NCBI GenBank assembly: GCA_000934665.2
Contig: KZ538165.1
Coordinates: 1 to 64,000, forward strand
DNA: 64,000 bases
Origin: Catajapyx aquilonaris
Lineage: Eukaryota
Direction of reading: 5' to 3'
Shown one piece after another: positions 47,910 to 60,435 of the stretch; the first letter of the stretch is position 1; each line of letters begins with the position of its first letter. The translations under genes and the position numbers were made by a program. Under the pieces are notes generated by a model. It searched no databases. It was not told the DNA's origin and worked only from the letters and a program-made list of their open reading frames with translations.

Positions 47910-48202
47910 ATCCTCAAATAGGTAGGCATTTTGGCCCTGAAAACAGTCAAAATAGGCTCTTAATAGGCACTAAAAATCAAGCAGGTCGTAATTTATTCTA
48001 ATTTCTACACAAAAAGGTGGAAATAGGTGCAAAATAGGCGCTAATAGGCCATTTAGGTCCCAATGCCCTAAATAGGCAATTTTAGGTTCTATAAAACTAC
48101 GATTTTTGAGGTCCTTGTGTTATGAAACGGATAGATATTTTGGTTTCGGTGTTCTGCCTACAGAATAAAACGTAGGTCAAAACCTAGAAATCCGTTCTCT
48201 AG
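47910..48202. mobile_element. DNA-transposon end fragment (hAT-like) with AATAGG subterminal repeats
   Basis: About seven AATAGG(C) motifs, ending in cctagaaatccgttctcta. Confidence 0.45.
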
Positions 48203-48439
48203 TAATATCCTTACATTGCAAAAGTACAGTTTTCTACTTTATATGTAACATAGTTGTAAACTTTTTGTGCCAAATGCTAGCTCTTACAATATGTATTGTT
48301 AATAAATATATTCAGTCAATTTATAAATTTTAGCCACACTTTCTGCAATGACTGATTCAAATGCTTCCATTTATGTGATATTGTATCAATTTCTGTAACA
48401 TTTTTATGCCCTCTCATTGTTGGCAATTGCTTGGTTTAA

Positions 48440-48945
48440 GGGGGCGCATGAGTAAAAATACGGTAGGCGCATTTTTGAGGGATTTTTTTTTTTGTGGTGA
48501 AACGGACGGTTAATCGGAAATATCACGCCGAAGGTGCCCTGCGGAAAGGTTTGGCCTTTACTATGGTACCATACTCGATATGATTGCATTAAAATAGTGG
48601 ACATACGGGCGCCGATGCGTTCCCGAAGTTGTCGCGTTCCTGCCGCCATGTTATTCAAATGGGCTTTTCGGGAACGCCATTTTCCTTTCACTTCAACTCG
48701 ATGAAAAGGTCACTTCTAGGCCGAAAATGGTAAAATGACGCCGAAGGTGCCCTGCGCCAGATCATGTCCTATTTTTTGGTGTAATGTTTGTGTCCATTGC
48801 TCCATTTTTGTGGCCGTAAGGCCGCTGAAGCGTGGACATGTCGAATCCCCATATGCTGTCCATGCAAACGCGAGTTTGTTTACGTAGTCGCCAAGGGCTC
48901 GCATTGTTACCGATCGTTACCGTATTTTTTTACTAATGCGGCCCC
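48440..48945. mobile_element. Kolobok-like MITE
   Basis: TTAA|GGGGGCGCATGAGTAAAAATACG ... CGTATTTTTTACTAATGCGGCCCC|TTAA (purine-start termini, TTAA TSD). Confidence 0.75.
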
Positions 48946-49011
48946 TTAAAAAATCAACGACACTGAAATACAGACCAACAACAATGTAATATGGACAGTC
49001 AAAACCTTACA

Positions 49012-49241
49012 ACCGAAGCAGGTTGGCATGGTGGATAAGGTGTCCGACTGCTAATCGGGAGGTCCTGGGTTCGAATCCCGGGGGCGACGATCCTGACCGT
49101 GGTTTTCTGTGGTTTCCCACGGTCTTCCTAGGATAATTCCGGGGTCGCTTCCATATAATAGGCCACAGCTGCTTCCTTCCTTTCCTATCCTTGGAGGTTG
49201 AAGAGGCAATGCCGGGCCAACCTCCCTAATATCAATTATAA
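49012..49241 (+). mobile_element. tRNA-derived SINE family B
   Basis: TGGCATGGTGGATAAGG A box, GGTTCGAATCC B box; 15-bp TSD agtcaaaaccttaca (48997-49011 / 49242-49256). Confidence 0.92.
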
Positions 49242-50991
49242 AGTCAAAACCTTACAGACATTGATAACATCCAGCCTATATGTAGAAATATAGGTAGAAA
49301 TATATACTTTCATTCCTGCATACCAGTTTGGTAATGTAGCATTTAAATGAGTTTGCAAAAATACAAGAAGCATTACTTATTTAGACCCATGCTGTAAATT
49401 GTTAGCACTGTCTGCACTATGACATGAAGGCCTTTCATTTTATACAGATGTTTCTAACTAATGAAGGATGTCTTGACAGCTCATGTGCACTACTACTATA
49501 CCATTCACAAGTGGTGAGATGTATATGTCAGTAATGTAGCACATACTCCCTTCAGTACATCACGTAATACAGGCTCTGGTACAAATAGAATAAGCAAATG
49601 TAAACCTCCTCTTGTCATCTGAATGCTTACATGTGTTCATTCTGCAGTATGATTGATTGATATCTTTTATTAAATTTTAATATTATTCTGAGATACACAA
49701 TATATTGCAGTATTAAAAGAGAGTACACTAATAATAGTATGACAAGTAACAAGTCTGACGTGTAAACCAAGTGCCAAGGCTCGTGTTTTATTCAGTTAAG
49801 TTACGCACTCTGACTGCACAGGAAAATGTTTTAACATCCACCTCTGACATTCAGAGGTTGTTAGTTACTTCAATTGTACAGTACTGTACATTATTAATAC
49901 CTGCATGATAAAAGTAGGTACCTGTTGCATTATTATCATACAATTAAGTGACCATTTCACATGACTTCCTGGAAATAATACCTAATTCACAACTATACAT
50001 GTGAATTTGCATCTCATCACTGATTTAATGACCCTTTTATGATGCAAATTCTATGAATATCCATGCATGATGCCACTCTAAATGATAGGTGGGCTTTCTC
50101 CGGTGAAGATGCCAACTAACACACATGTAACAAGGCCTTTAGGGGCACAGAGCACAAAATTCGAACTGAAAGCAACAGTACTGAGAATGTGGTCACTATT
50201 TCATCACTGATCAACTCCACCATGAAATGACCCCCTTGTCTATAGCGATGGCATTAAGTTTGTATACTGGTGTTTGCTTGGTTACAATCCACAGATCCTC
50301 ATAAGCATTGCCAATAAAATTAGGACTTCAGTTGCACTACATGAATGTTCCTTCCTGATGCCATTTAGCATTTCACTTTTGAAAATGTGCCAAACACAAA
50401 GCAATTGTGATAGATCCGATTTACTTGCCAAAATAAGGACATTCATTTTCCTGACATGCAAATAAACATTTCCAAAAATCACCATTAAATCAACTGCACT
50501 TTGATTTTGAACATATCCAGAGATGACATTTGCCATAAACTCGGTGAAAATGATCGCTTAGAAGATATGAACTCAGATTTACCAATACACATACTTGAAA
50601 ACTAAATACTGGCACAAAGGAACAACTGTGGAAAGATCCCTTCGCATACAGGATAAGGTTGTCAAAAAACTGCACAAAATGGAAATAAATGGATTCCTTA
50701 TGCAAGTTTCATAAGGGAACAGCACAAATGGGACTCACTGGGATTGATTGATATGTAATTAATATATTAACACTTTAGTTGAGATGGAGATATGGCAATT
50801 GATCTTGTCTCGAAACTGAATGGTTTGGCTGTTGGGGGCGGGGGAGCTAAGTTCTCAGATGTTTTGCTATATAGGGTGTTCACAATGATTTCATAATGAT
50901 AAGGAAAGGGTAATGTTCAGTTCAAATTCTAAATGCAAAAGGGCCACTAAGTCCTGTTACACTGTTCACTGCAATTAACAGTTACTTGTAT

Positions 50992-51246
50992 AATTTTCTT
51001 ACTCTACTTATTCAATGTTATACAGACTATGGCATTTGAAATGCCATAGTCTGTATAACAATGAATAAGTAGAGTAAGAAAATTCATAACTGAGAAGTAG
51101 AAATGCCACATTTCTTCCTCTCAGCTATGAATTTGTTGTGGGGATAGTATGCTAGCAAGACGTACTATCGGTGCGGAAATGATACGGACACTTGTCAATG
51201 TTCAGCTTACTCCCAAGTGTCCGTACCATTTCCGTGCCGATAGTAC
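50992..51246. repeat. Three adjacent hairpins (50992-51084, ~51085-51130, 51162-51246)
   Basis: aattttcttactctacttattca...ctatggcattt-g-aaatgccatag...tgaataagtagagtaagaaaatt; cataactgag...ctcagctatg; gtactatcgg...ccgatagtac. Confidence 0.8.
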
Positions 51247-54200
51247 ATGTGTGTTCCTGGCATAACTTAGTCTACATCTGAATCACTAATGAGGCTGACC
51301 TCAAATAAAATAATTAAATGCTATATTTTATTCTTAAACTTTAATAACTAACGAAGGTATCCATTCTGTGCAGCTTTCTGACTTTTTGGGGTACTACTAT
51401 GGGGCTGTCATTTACACCATTTATTTAAGGCCCTTGCTACAATATTAATGAATTAAAATCGCCTTTCCAGGTAAATCATGAATGAAATGCTCTTTCTCAG
51501 ATTCGCTAACATGGCTAGTAAGTGGAATATTAAATTAAAAGAGAATATGTTAATGTCCTTGTTGACTTCACATATGCTCTTATCACTTTCCACCAGTAAA
51601 TTTCTAATGGTGCAGTTATCTTTGCATTCATGATGACAATTTCAACAATGAGGTAACAATTCTTTTGGGTACCTGAACTTTGATTGCCTTATTTGTTTGT
51701 ATAAATCTGTTACTACCTGTGCCAACAGTGCAACATTGCCATTGCCAATGAGGGTGATTGCACTCTTGTGTAATGATATTTCACTGGGCACACTGGGTGC
51801 AAGGCAGAAAATTGCAAAATAATTTGTACTGTGTATGTTGTTTTGCAATGCATTGATTGTTCCCACTGTTTATGCAACTCCAAATGAAAATCACTGTTAG
51901 CACTAAAAGTGCTTCACAGGTTTGCAGATTAGGCCCACTGGTGTGATTTTAAAATGCAGAATTTCCAAGTCAGCACTGTCCACCAACAGTAATGAATGAC
52001 GAGCAGATTAGAACATTTACCATGGAGAGGCCCAATTGCAGCAAATCGATTCTGTGACCCCATTAGTCATTTCTTGTTCCATTAGCGCAGGCTTGACACA
52101 AGTTTTTCAGGTGAATGTGATGGTGTTCACTATTCTGACTCTCACTCTTCACGCATCGTCCAGATCATTTTGCTGCTGCACCCATGGGCACAATCTTTAA
52201 GCCCACACTCTAGTATCACAGTGTGTGTTGGCATACCAAGCATTCGTGTTACTGTTGAACATTCGTTTACTATTGGAACCATCTCGTTATCTTCCCTTTT
52301 CATCATACACAACTTACTGTTTCATTAGAAGACTGTTTTAGAGGTACATGTGAATCTCCAGGTACAAAACTTAACAACTTCCACAATGATGCATGCTACA
52401 TGATATAGGCTGACGTACAGTATTATTAGGCTATCACGAAGTTAAAAAGAAATACAGTATATATAATTATAATGAACAAGGCTTCTTCAATTGATCTGAA
52501 ATATTATAGACGGTAGTTTACATGTTGCTATGAACACAAGGGAGAAAAATTATTGCTTGCCTAGGCAGAAAAAATGTGGAAAATAAGAGCGCAAGCCCTG
52601 ATATGCAATCTTCAGTCTGCCATTGCATGCAGCATCCACAGTCTGTCTGCATCTCGAGGAGCTTAGTCTTCCGCAGGACATGGTACATATCGCGTCATCC
52701 TTCTGCTTCATGTGAAATGGCATTCCCTGTTACATCATTGAATGTTAAGGGTCAAAGCATGGCCAAACAAGTCAGTTACATGACTTTAATTAATACAAAG
52801 CAAAGCATAGCTGTGAAGGATCACACGTTTTATTGCCTGTTATATCTATGGATATTTTTTGCCAACTAGGAACTGTTTTCATTAATAACAAACGCCTTAC
52901 AAGTAACTTGTACAACTTGAAGTTGTACAAAAAAACTGCAAATGTTCCATCCCCACTGGGATGTTATATTGTTGCTCTCAATGTTACTCGAGAATGAGGT
53001 GTGAAATCCAGATTCTCATTCAAGTTCAATGTAGCAAGTTAAGGCCATGATTCCACTTCATGTCCAAAGTTTCATGTAATTTATTGAACAACTTGTATTT
53101 TGAAGGCGGTTAAATTTCGAATATATGACGACATATAGCTGTTATGTATAGACTATTTCTCACAAATAATGTGCTATAATTTGTATATTGTTAATAAGTG
53201 GCATGCTTTGTCAGAAGTCAAAAGTACTGCACATCATAATCCTGTTAAAAATGATGAAGAACTGCAACATGTTTATAACAGATCTATTGCTGGTTCACTT
53301 CTTGTGAGGAATGGGATCACAATTTTTTTTTTAAATTCTACCTGACATGGCTTTGTTATGCATGCCAATGTAGGTCTTATGGACACGGTGAGCATGCACA
53401 ATAAATTGTTATTAAAATATGATAATTAAACTGTTACAAGAAACTTTTGTTTTCAAGAGTGAAACATTGTACATTTTGTGCTGTGTAGTTCCAAACATAT
53501 TTCCACTTGCACTGTAAATGGCTCCATTACTTTCTGTTCTGCTCATTTGGCTAGCACTAACAATGAATTTGTTGAACATGACAGTTACGGCAACAGCAAA
53601 AAATTGCTTGTTTCAAGTCTGATTAGGTTGAATACTGCAGCAAGTAACACAACATCAGTTCAAAGTGACATCATGTTGATTGTAATGACATTGCAATGGC
53701 TACTTGAAGAGTTCAAAGAATTAGAATGCCACAATGTTGTTGTTGATTAATGAGTTACACAAGTAGAAGCAATACAATAAGGTTGGTACTGTCCCCCTGG
53801 ACAGGTGAAACTTACTAGTCTTGTCATGTCAAGCATGACCACAACCTTCACAAATAATTTAGAAAAACTTTTGCAAAATTTTAGATAGTCATTGCATATA
53901 CCATATATGTGCAAATAATATAATAGAAACATAACTATTACGCCCTATGGCAAAACATTCCTAATTGTGTCAAAAAAACCTTTTTAAAAGCAGCAGTATG
54001 TGTTCATTTGTACTGAATTTTTATGAAACACGATTCATGATTAATTTTAAGCAGTTCAGTATTACTTGTTATAAAAGAGCACTCCAGGAATCAAGGAGCT
54101 TTACGTAGAACAACCATGTACTTTATAATCGGTTTATATTATTACAATTTCGCATGTGATCGATCAACTGTGTTCAACGCAAGTTAATGGCCTTTCCCAT

Positions 54201-55788
54201 GAAAACCTACTTCCTTATTACATCCACCGTCCGTTGTGCAAAAAAATGAACGACTGTTATTGGAGAAAGGAAAGCTCATTTAATTCAACATAATTTTGTT
54301 GCCCCACACACAAGTTGTATCACTACTCACACACACATCCACATCCCCCACACATGGACACACGCAAGGAAAAGGCCTATTGAGTTGTAGTGACTCTGAA
54401 TGTATCAAATAGCGCATTACGTGGTGAGAATTTGTCTGAATGTATCAAATAGTGTGTGAGAATTCTCCTGAACTACGAGTAAGTTTATGTAGCTGGTTGC
54501 AAAATGTGGGAAAACATTTTTAATGCTTACAACCACACTGCTGGCTGTAGCTGTCCACTTTGTAACTAACACATGCAGCAAATCAATTCCTTCTGGTACA
54601 TGCTCCTTGCAGTGTGGCATACCATTAGCTTGTGCAAGCTATTCTCACTCAAAAGGAGTTGAAATATTTAATAATTTTGTTTACATTAGTAATTTGATAT
54701 CTAGTATCCCATAATCATGATAACATTCATTGGCTTATTTAAAAGGTTTTCAAAGTAAAGCTGCAAATTTTTTTTGTTTAAAAATCCAGCAGCCCTTTAA
54801 AAAAAATCGAAGTCAAGTGAAACAGCTTGACTGAAAAATTTTAACATGGTACAACTTCTCATCTCATGCGCCTGTTGGAAGATAATAACAGACTTGTTTC
54901 GCTCTGCACAAAGAATGCATGGTGACTTACGGCCAGAAATCCAATATCTACCATGAAATTATTAGATAAGTCACAAGAGCACAAATCATGATTGAATGGA
55001 GCAATTGTAAAGAAACATATGTCGCAAATATTTCATTTTCGTGATTAACTCATGCAATGTGCAGAACATGTGCACTTATGAGTGTAACTTAACATGGGAA
55101 ATGCACCATTCTCACTACATCCATAACTTGTGCATGTGAAACGATACATTTATGAAACCAATTTTACAGAGATTGGCTGAGATGCAACTAAGCAATGAAC
55201 CCCTCAATCAATATCATTTGCTCGTCACACTTGTACAAACTCCAGGTTTAAAATGGCCTGGAGAATGCTGCTTTAAGATGTAAAAAAAAAAATCACTTGG
55301 CATATGTTATATACATGCTAAAAAATTAATGCAAAATGTTATGCTTGAAAGGCTCCCCACTGCATTCCAATAAACTAGAACAGCTGTATGGGGTGTATAG
55401 TATGGTTGTATGTAGACTTTGTAAATTTTGCATATTTGTATGGCGTATTCAAGGATTTATCATTTTTTCTGACAATAAATAAATAAAAATATATATCTAT
55501 ATAATAAATATCAATCTTCTTAATTATTTCCCAAAATCATGCTCCTGGAAGACAATCAAGGATGGGATGAGATATTCATGACAGTTGCATGAAGCAAGAC
55601 AGGTTATTTGTTGGAATGAGGATATTATGTCCTATATATCTGCACATAATTTCCAAAGAAAGCAGTGCCTTTGAGTTTTGTAATGGAACTCAAGTCAGCC
55701 ATTTTGAGTGCATGTTTCTGCTCATACAAGCCATAACACTGGATATTTAAGACAATTGTCCTCTTAGCAACAAAGCAAAAACATATAC

Positions 55789-56135
55789 AGGGTGTTCCAA
55801 TGGAAATTTCTTAGAAGTGGTTAGCAATTTTTTTGGCAATTGCTCACAGTCAACAATGTCCTCAAAATGGTGTTGGCAAAGGTTTTTTTTCATGGATACA
55901 GCTTTGGATAAGCACATGCTATACTGCCCAGGCCTAGCCCCCAGTGACTTTCACCTGTTCGGATCCACTAAAAAGTCCCCTGGCTGACGCCATTTCGAGG
56001 ACATTGTTGATTGGGAGCAGCTGTCCAGGAGCGGGTGTGCTGCACCACCAAAACATGGTTCCTGGAGGGCCTGGAGAGGTTGACGCACCCATGGTGCTGG
56101 TGCATTCGGCTTTAGGAGGATTCTATCGATAATGT
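55789..56135 (+). mobile_element. mariner transposase remnant
   Basis: TA|CAGGGTGTTCCAA end; ~55922-55975 reads YCPGLAPSDFHLFG (mariner YSPDLAPSDFHLFG motif). Confidence 0.7.
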
Positions 56136-56229
56136 GTGCCTATCTGCTGGCCTGCATGGGCCACATATTTGTGGCAAAAAAAATAATTGTAAATCATTTT
56201 AATATGGCCTCACATGTTGCCTAATATAT

Positions 56230-56950
56230 AGGGTGATCTGTTTGGGTAGGGATAATTTAAAATATGTATCACAATCAACACATAAGCTATTCCAAGTTTA
56301 AATTCTGCCAGTTTGCAAGGTAAGATTGGAGATTCCTGCACTGTACTGAGTGTGCTTGCATTGGCCTGCACCATGACCAATGAGGCTGCCAGGCTGGATG
56401 TGGTGTAACCAGATGTACGGACCTTCTTTCTTCTCTGAGGACACAATACGAGCAGGACCATACTTTGAGATGCTAAGATCTTCTTGGTATCACAACTGGA
56501 CAACAATGTCATTTTCTATCAAGACAGGGCCCCACCCCACTGGTCACTGGAAGTCAGGAAGTTCAACAACACTTTCAATGACAATTGGTGTGGCCGTGAT
56601 GGCCCTATTCCTTGGCCTGCAAACTCCCTTGATCTCACTCAACCCCTGATTTCTTTGTGTGTGGGTTGCGAAGACTATCATCTCAGAGGGAAAACGACCT
56701 CAAAGCCTGGATGACCTGGAGGTGAACATTTCTGCAGAGTTCACAAAAATCACTCCGGAAATGTTACAAAACACCTGGCAGGAATTGAGCACCTGATATC
56801 AACTCTACCCAGTAAGCAAAGCGGGTCATGTGGAGACCTAAACAAACTCCCACTCATAAAGGTAATCTCTGCCAAATTTGGATGAATTCTGCCTGTTACA
56901 ACACATACCACAGCATTTTAAAATGATCCCTACCCAAATGGATCACCCTG
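56230..56950 (+). mobile_element. Tc1/mariner deletion derivative
   Basis: TIR agggtgatctgtttgggtaggga / tccctacccaaatggatcaccctg; ORF 56484 gives FYQDRAPPH...WCGRDGPIPWPANSLDLT. Confidence 0.85.
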
Positions 56951-58551
56951 TATATACTGTATATATAACTTCCTTATATGCTTTCCATTAATTTGGATCT
57001 CAATTGTACGACATCACAACACCAAAGACTGCACAAATTAAGTTGATGATTGCAAGTCACAATCCGACAAAAGGAGTGGGCAACATTCCGCAACAGTGAT
57101 CGGCCTGCATCATTGCACATTGCTGACAGCAATCCAGGTGTATGACTAAAGACTAACTGCTCCAGTTCTGCAATATATTTCGCTGTAAATCTCGTCAATT
57201 TCACTCCTGAGAATTGGATAGTTCGCTAACAATTTGAAACACGTGGCAAGTGGAGATCAACCCAATTGGTATGCTTATGTCTCCTGATAAAAATCACTAC
57301 TCACTTTCAGGACGCGGTGTGATGCATTCAAAGCCGCCTTCAAAGCCATTCAAAGGATCCCAAGTGAGACTGGCGGCGGGTGTATATATATTTCAGTAGA
57401 CACAACTAATATTTTAAAAGATCTTCCGGGTTTCGTTCCACTACTTGCCTCCATATGACATGTACAGAAAAGGTGAAGCATGGAAGGAAGCATGGAAGAA
57501 ATATAGGGTCTTTGCATGGAACCACCGTGCCCAGCCGTGCCGCACCGTGCATGGAACCAACGCATGGAACTATGGAAGTGACAAGTGAGATGCCATGCCA
57601 TCGATGCTATCGTTTTCCAGTGCGAGAAATAACACTTAACCATTTTGACCGGAACCGGGCAGAACCAAGTGGATGTACTGTACAAGTACCAAATTTACAC
57701 AACTAAGATCTTGCAACTTCCAAGCCCTTTGGAACATAACTACACATTTCTGCAAAATCGCGAGCAAATGCAAAAATTAATGCGACGCGTATTTCCAATG
57801 TCATGCCACCGTATGGGGCGCGGCGTGTACTGTATAGTATGCCGTACAGTATGGGGATGCACCCCTTGATGCACCCTTCGGATGCACCTGCGGAATCATC
57901 TGTGGTGCTCGAAGATTTAGCTTATGTTATGCCAGCTCCTGGTTATGCCCATTAATGTGCATTGAAAACTTTGGATCGTAGTCATACAAGTGAAACACTA
58001 TACGTCCAAAAAACCAGTTTCGAGATAATCCAAATGAAAATTTTGACCTTGCACATGCTTGCTGCATGCTAGTGAACGATGGAAACCCTGGCATCCTGGT
58101 TCATTATCAGTCTTTAAGACCAAATGGACTTGATCTATTCAGGCGAAAGAGTTGAAAAATTGCTGCTTAATGGTAGGCTACAAATAAATCAAAACTGAAA
58201 AATTGAACTTTTTGTGGTTGATGCGGGGCACCCAGGTGGAAGTATTATATCATATGTGTTCATATCTCAGCGAAATGGGTACAGTACCTTATAACTCGGA
58301 GGACAAGCCAATCATGAACAGCATCCGGTATATTTTGAAAAGTATATGTTGGCAGGCATTGGTGATTACTGTATATTGGGGACAAAATATTTCATTTGTA
58401 GAGCAGCATATCGGTATACTCATGTAGTTGTATGAATACATTCCCAATAGATGGAAGTATCCCACGTTTGTTCCCATCAAGCTTGACTTTCCCTCTTTCA
58501 TCTTTCCAGGAGTTGGGCCATCTCCATAACTTTCTGAGGAGGACTTCCTTA

Positions 58552-58836
58552 GCACTAACTGGTGACCTGGGGTCTTTCAACACCCCAGGTGCAATTTTTT
58601 TGTTCTAAAATGTTTAATTGTATAGTTAGGTATATGATTTTTTAAATTCCGTTCTACGGCAGCTAGAGAGTTGAAAATTAAACCAAATTGTAGAAAACAG
58701 TTGCAGGTGTTGTGTAAAAGTATTAAAAAGCAAATATTTATCATTAGAGGCAATTTATATTTAAAAAGTCCCCTGGGGTCTTTAAACACTCCAGGTCACC
58801 GTGAGTGTTAGGATTTTCCAGGTCACTAGTTAAGGG
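58552..58836. mobile_element. piggyBac-type MITE, left end degraded
   Basis: taactggtgacctggggtcttt versus ccaggtcactagttaaggg|ttaa, with a duplicated subterminal repeat at the right end. Confidence 0.7.
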
Positions 58837-59729
58837 TTAAATTAACCATCAAGGAATGCACAAAGTGACCATTAACGAGCTTGCACTTGCATCTCCTTTC
58901 CCACTCACCCCTGTATGCATTACCCAATACTTTTCTGGCAGTGAACATCAAAAATTCACATGTCAAAAAAGTGTTTGGTTTGGATTTGTCCCACTTCACC
59001 TTACACGAAAATGAGATATGAAATGAACACAGCATGCAATGATTTCCTCCTCCTNNNNNNNNCCCCCCCCCCCCCCCAAAAAAAAAAGTTCCCCAACACA
59101 GAAGTTAATATCTGTACTTTCATATTCAGGGTTTAAAAATTAGAGGCAGCATGACAGTAACTGTAAAATCATTATCGTTTGCATTTAAATTGTAATATAT
59201 TTCCAATACATTAATGCAGCAGTTCAGCATAAGTTAATTACAATAAAATTATAATCTTTCCTTTATGCATTTCATTCCACTATGTGGACCAACAACACCC
59301 TCGCACATACACACCCAAGCTGTATATGGTAATATACACTCTCCAATAAAATCCTAATGTACTGTACTTTTCACAAATATTAGGTTAGTCATTACACTAA
59401 TGCAAATGGGCATATAATTTGCCTTGAAGGTGGTGGGTAATGAATGCATCACCTCATGGAGCATTTCCTTATTAAATTTTGGTTACCAATGTTTGATGAA
59501 GTTTTTGGATTAGCATTGAAGTTTCGGTACATCATATCCAAAACAGTGCTTGAGTAATTATTACATCACTGGGTTATGACAGAACCATGAGAGGATAAAC
59601 ATTACATGACTAATTCACCATGTGAAAACCTTGTCAATATTCAGTGTCCATTAGTGTGTTTACAGGGAAAAGCAAATATTTTTATACATGACCTGTAACA
59701 AGCAAAGAGCTTGAAATCCTTGAATAATA

Positions 59730-60435
59730 CAGGGTCACCGAAAAAGAATGTCCCACTTTTGAAACATTATAACTCGAAAACTTGTAGACATATCTAAATG
59801 ATTTAAGTTTTGAAATACTAAGAAATGTCTAAAGTTTTGGTCTCACCTTAGTTTGTTTCGATATGAACTCCATTTGTCCCTCAAAAAATGTAAATACGGT
59901 AATCGGGGTCGTGCCTAACCCAATCAGACATGTCTGAAGTCACCATTGTGATCCTATCCCATACATACTGGAGATGCCGGATCTTTTCACCATACATGTA
60001 TCTCTACACAAAAGTCCATCGCGGTATGATATGGGCTTTTAGGGGGGGCTAGACATTGGGAAACTTCTCATTCAAGACTTCGCACACTGGAGGGCTGAAC
60101 AAATGAAACTTTCCTACAGCAGATTTGTTTCATGGATGAGGCGACTTTTTATGTGAATCATCAAGAACAATGTGTGTGGTGTAAAGAACCATTATCTCCA
60201 GCACCTACAGGATAGGATCGCAACGGTAACTTCAGATATGATTGAGACGGTTTGGCTTGAGACCAGCTACTGTCTTTCTTCGCCGAGCAACAAATGAAGC
60301 TCATATCGAAACAAACTAAGGTGATACATAAACTTTCGGCGTTCCTTAGCATTTCAAAATTTAAATCATTAAGATATGTCTAAGTTTTCGAGTTATAGGG
60401 TTTTAAAATTGGGACATTCTTTGTCGATGACCCTG
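59730..60435. mobile_element. Tc1/mariner fold-back with two 3' ends and scrambled transposase pieces
   Basis: TA|CAGGGTCA ... TGACCCTG|TA; both ~150-bp arms encode the terminal (G/E).HIETN* motif; internal FMDEATFYVN (+) and PPKSPYHTAMDF (-). Confidence 0.82.

Noticed and set aside
14970..49090. tRNA genes at ~15000, ~24500 and ~49020
   Set aside because: They are SINE heads, with attached bodies and tails, and TSDs at two of the three
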